Source: Thecamonas trahens ATCC 50062 (taxonomy: Eukaryota; Protista; Apusomonadida). From it: DNA of 10,937 bases. The notes under the pieces were generated by a model. That model had not been told where the DNA came from. It made no database searches and was given only the letters and a program-made list of their open reading frames with translations. The stretch spans positions 1-10,937 of the forward strand of contig NW_013657593.1 of the NCBI RefSeq assembly GCF_000142905.1. The letters run 5' to 3'. Made by a program: the position numbers and the translations under genes. Position 1 is the stretch's first letter; each line of letters starts with the position of its first letter. This document shows positions 8,208 through 10,937 of this stretch, piece by piece.

Positions 8208-8906
8208 ATGGTGACCGGGGCCGAGGTCGAGGCGCTGTCCAACTCGGTGGTGCAAGGCACCAATCCGTTCCACAAGACCAAGGTCTCGTCGATTGCATCG
8301 ATCTTTACCGAGTTTGACGCCAAGTACGACGGCGAGTTTGCCAACGATCACACGACGGTAGCGCGGGTGAGCCGGGAGAGCTTGGCGCTCATCTTCGACC
8401 TCCTCCCGCCAAAGCGATCGACGCCGCTGACGGTCGAGGAGCTGGAAGATGCCGCGCTCGAGGTGTGGATGCGGCTGGAGACGCCGGCGCAGAAGCTTGC
8501 GTTTCTCTGGTACCCGCACGCCGACGCACCGCGGCGGTACAAGGGAAGAGCGTCGCTGCCGTCGGGCAAGAAGCCGACTGCAGTGTGGGAGGTAGCCGAT
8601 GACGAGCGGGAGGGCAAGCGGCTGCTGCTGTTTGGGACGACAGACAAGATCAAGAAGAACACCGACGAGCTCGCCCGGGGTCGGCCGGTTGCCCTGCGCG
8701 GCGCTTGGCAGAACCCTGCTGCACTGGGGGGGGGTCCCATGAGTTCCCTGGGGCGGGGTCCATGGGCACAGCGAGAGGGGTGTGCGGAGTGTGCGTTGTG
8801 TGTGACGGCGAGGGCGACAGGCGGCGTTTGGGCGATTTTTTGGATATCGGGCGAGTGCCGGGGGAAGGGCCGGGGGAGAAGGTATGATTATTTCAATGAG
8901 AGTTAA
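8208..8906 (+). CDS. Hypothetical protein; start uncertain (coding-like from ~8110) and the 3' part after ~8720 is low-complexity and possibly not genuine
   Basis: Strong coding-like codon usage from 8110 to 8720 (EVEALSNSVVQGTNPFHKTKVSSIASIFTEFDAKYDGEF...KRLLLFGTTDKIKKNTDEL); first in-frame ATG at 8208. No family recognised. Confidence 0.55.
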   Translation: MVTGAEVEALSNSVVQGTNPFHKTKVSSIASIFTEFDAKYDGEFANDHTTVARVSRESLALIFDLLPPKRSTPLTVEELEDAALEVWMRLETPAQKLAFLWYPHADAPRRYKGRASLPSGKKPTAVWEVADDEREGKRLLLFGTTDKIKKNTDELARGRPVALRGAWQNPAALGGGPMSSLGRGPWAQREGCAECALCVTARATGGVWAIFWISGECRGKGRGRRYDYFNES

Positions 8907-9010
8907 TTGATGGGGCTGGTCATGATTAATTGAACGAGAAATGATTGATGTGGCGATGGTGGGGTTAGGGGGGGTGGGTGCATGCATGCAAGGAGGGTAT
9001 GTAGTTGGGC

Positions 9011-9022
9011 AAAAAGAAAGAA
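9011..9022 (-). terminator. RNA polymerase III oligo-T terminator of the 5S gene
   Basis: The minus strand reads TTCTTTCTTTTT immediately after the 5S 3' end (T5 run at 9015-9011). Confidence 0.85.
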
Positions 9023-9141
9023 GAATGCGTTACTCGGTATTCCCGTGTGGTCCCCCACCACAGTACTAACCAAGCCTCATGCTGCTTGACTTCCGAGAGC
9101 GAGACGGGATCGGGTATTTTCAGCATAGGATGAACGCATTC
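9022..9141 (-). rRNA. Eukaryotic 5S rRNA gene
   Basis: The reverse complement reads GAAUGCGUU CAUC CUAUGCUG AAAAUAC CCGAUCCCGUCUCGCUCUCGG AAGUCAAG CAGCAUGAG GCUUGGU UAGUA CUGUGGUGG GGGA CCACACGG GAAU ACCGAGU AACGCAUUC U (about 120 nt). It forms a 9-bp terminal helix I, helix II with the canonical bulge, loop E (UAGUA/GAA), a GNRA loop D and helix V. Confidence 0.97.
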
Positions 9142-9425
9142 GATGTGTGGGAGTGTGCGTGGTAGTCATGTGGTGGAGGGCGAGGGCGCAGAGCGGTCAC
9201 AGAATGGGTTCCGGCCAGGAGATGGCGATCGGGTGATTGAGGCAAGACGTGGCTGCTCCCGGCGGGTTGCGGCTGTGAGTGGGCTCTGATCTGTGAGTGG
9301 GATAGAGGTGCTTGCGTTGCTGAGTCTCACCTTGTTCGGTTCCTTCTGTGCGATGTGGCGAGAACCACAGCTCGCCGACGTTCACGGCTTCCGTACGTAC
9401 ATGCACAGCTGCGCTGACAACCATC

Positions 9426-9743
9426 ATGGACTTTGAATCTCAAGGTCACGTCGGCTTTGTTGACTCGATCGAGGATGCGCTCGAGACGCTTCCGGAGAGC
9501 CCGGCCGCTACCTTCTCCAACAACGTCTACGGCGTTTGGCGCGGTAGCGATCAGACGGCCGACGTCGTTGTGGCTGCGGTGGTGTACAAGCGCCGCGACC
9601 TTGTGGCGATCAAGGTTGGTGGCTGCCCAAACGACAAGAACATCACTAGCAAGGCGTTGATTGCCATCGGCGGGTCGTGCACCTTGCTCAAGTTGGTGGA
9701 TGCATCGAGAACCGCGGCCGTGGCCGACCAGTGGCCAGGGTGA
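9426..9743 (+). CDS. Short or truncated LRR_CC-like protein (105 aa), possibly a pseudogene or first exon
   Basis: MDFESQGHVGFVDSIEDALETL...SDQTADVVVAAVVYKRRDLVAIKVGGCPNDKNITSKALIAIGGSCTLLKLVDAS parallels the N-terminus of the gene at 1560 (TVEEVRRAL...FTDAMAMVVVEMCPNLTTLNLYNCSNITDAAVVALAGG). The stop overlaps a possible GTGAGG donor site. Confidence 0.55.
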   Translation: MDFESQGHVGFVDSIEDALETLPESPAATFSNNVYGVWRGSDQTADVVVAAVVYKRRDLVAIKVGGCPNDKNITSKALIAIGGSCTLLKLVDASRTAAVADQWPG

Positions 9744-9789
9744 GGGAGCGATCGGCCAGTCGTATGCAAGTTGAGATGGCGATGGAATG

Positions 9790-10730
9790 CGGGCATCAGC
9801 GTTGTTGAGTGCACAGTGGGGGTTCATGGCAGCCAGCTCGCCGACGAGGGATCTGCGGTCGTCCGACTCGGGGGAGGTGAGGCCCATGGGATCGGGGTCG
9901 TTTGTGGTTGGCTTTTTAGCGTCGGCCTTGGGGGCGTCGGATGGGTGGCTGAGGAGGGGCTTGGAGGCCGAGGCGAGGGTGAGGTGGTAGATCGGGCTGG
10001 AGAGGATGTCCAGCATACGTGTGTGTGAGTGGGCCGTGTGCTCGTTTGCTGGGAGCTGGCGCGGCATGTGCGGCTCGGGTGTGGCGATGGGAGAGGGGAT
10101 GGCTGGGGTCCGACTGAGGCATGGATGTGGTGAGAGTGTGCGCGATCTGGCGACGACGAGTCTGTGGAAGGGTGATGGCATGTGCTCGCTGTCGTCGAGC
10201 AACCCGATGTCCCATTCGTCTGGGCGGAGCAGGGCAGGGCTTTGTTGCTTCCGCTGTTAGCTTGATGGCGAGCTGGAACCGCAGCGCGCTCTTGACGACG
10301 AACGACGACGTTGCATCGACCGCCAGGGTGGTTGTGTCCAGGCTGCAGCGCGGCTGTGGTGGACGGAGCGTGGTCGGCTTGCTTGTTGTTTGCCCAGCCC
10401 ATGAACGGCGTGGCAGTCGTCATGCCAGCAGTAACGTCGGCGAGGAGGACGATGGGGTTGGCGTCAGCAGCACTCGGCTGCGAGCGAGGGTGCGGTCGGT
10501 GGCAATTGGCATGCGCAACGCCTCGATGGCAGATGTCAGATTGCGGCTGCGCGGCGTGAGTCAGGGTGCGTGCGCGGGTGGCGGCGACGAGGACAACGGG
10601 CGAGGGACATGGGTGGGGTTGGCAAGGTACGTCGTTGTCAGGTAGAGGTAGCACGACGCCCAGCAACGAAGAGCTGGCCGGCTGACCTCGCTCGAGGACG
10701 GTAAGGAGGACTGGCTGAGGCGGTGGGCAA
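9790..10730 (-). pseudogene. Probably decayed coding sequence, unknown family
   Basis: Coding-like fragments in shifting frames (ANPIVLLADVTAGMTTATPFMGWANNK; TTLAVDATSSFVVKSALRFQLAIKLTAEA; DEWDIGLLDDSEH) downstream of a pyrimidine tract ending in cacag near 10731. Confidence 0.25.
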
Positions 10731-10937
10731 CTGTGGGGGAGATCGGGATAAAGGAGGACAGAGTGTTGATGCGCGATGAGGGGTGATTGGATTGCAGAGG
10801 ACGGTTACGGGTGGGTATGGATGGTTGAGCAGCAGCAGGTGATGGGGTTGATGGGATGGATGGTGGGGCGTGCTGGTTGCAGGAGAGCGATGACGGTTGT
10901 GTGGCGGATGTGCGAGGCATGGTTGTGCTCGGCGCAT

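Noticed and set aside
8961-8980. Telomeric TTAGGG unit
   Set aside because: A single hexamer inside a G-tract, not a telomere array.

Overview
High-GC, intron-poor eukaryotic genomic DNA, probably from a protist (gene style is reminiscent of apusomonads such as Thecamonas; this is inference), with a 588-nt assembly gap at 736-1323. It looks like a fast-turnover accessory region. On the minus strand at 1-1560 there is a probable gene combining N-terminal cysteine-containing LRRs with ankyrin repeats built from a 153-aa super-repeat. Next come a disrupted EXD1/Egalitarian-type DEDDy 3'-5' exonuclease (~2040-2680, minus) and an intact 656-aa ORF (4141-6111) with a C2H2/U1-like zinc finger and a candidate PIN-like nuclease fold. 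Several decayed or frameshifted genes follow. A solitary, structurally intact 5S rRNA gene with a Pol III terminator (9022-9141, minus) lies head-to-head with a short, truncated LRR gene (9426-9743). No transposase, reverse transcriptase, tRNA or CRISPR array could be supported.
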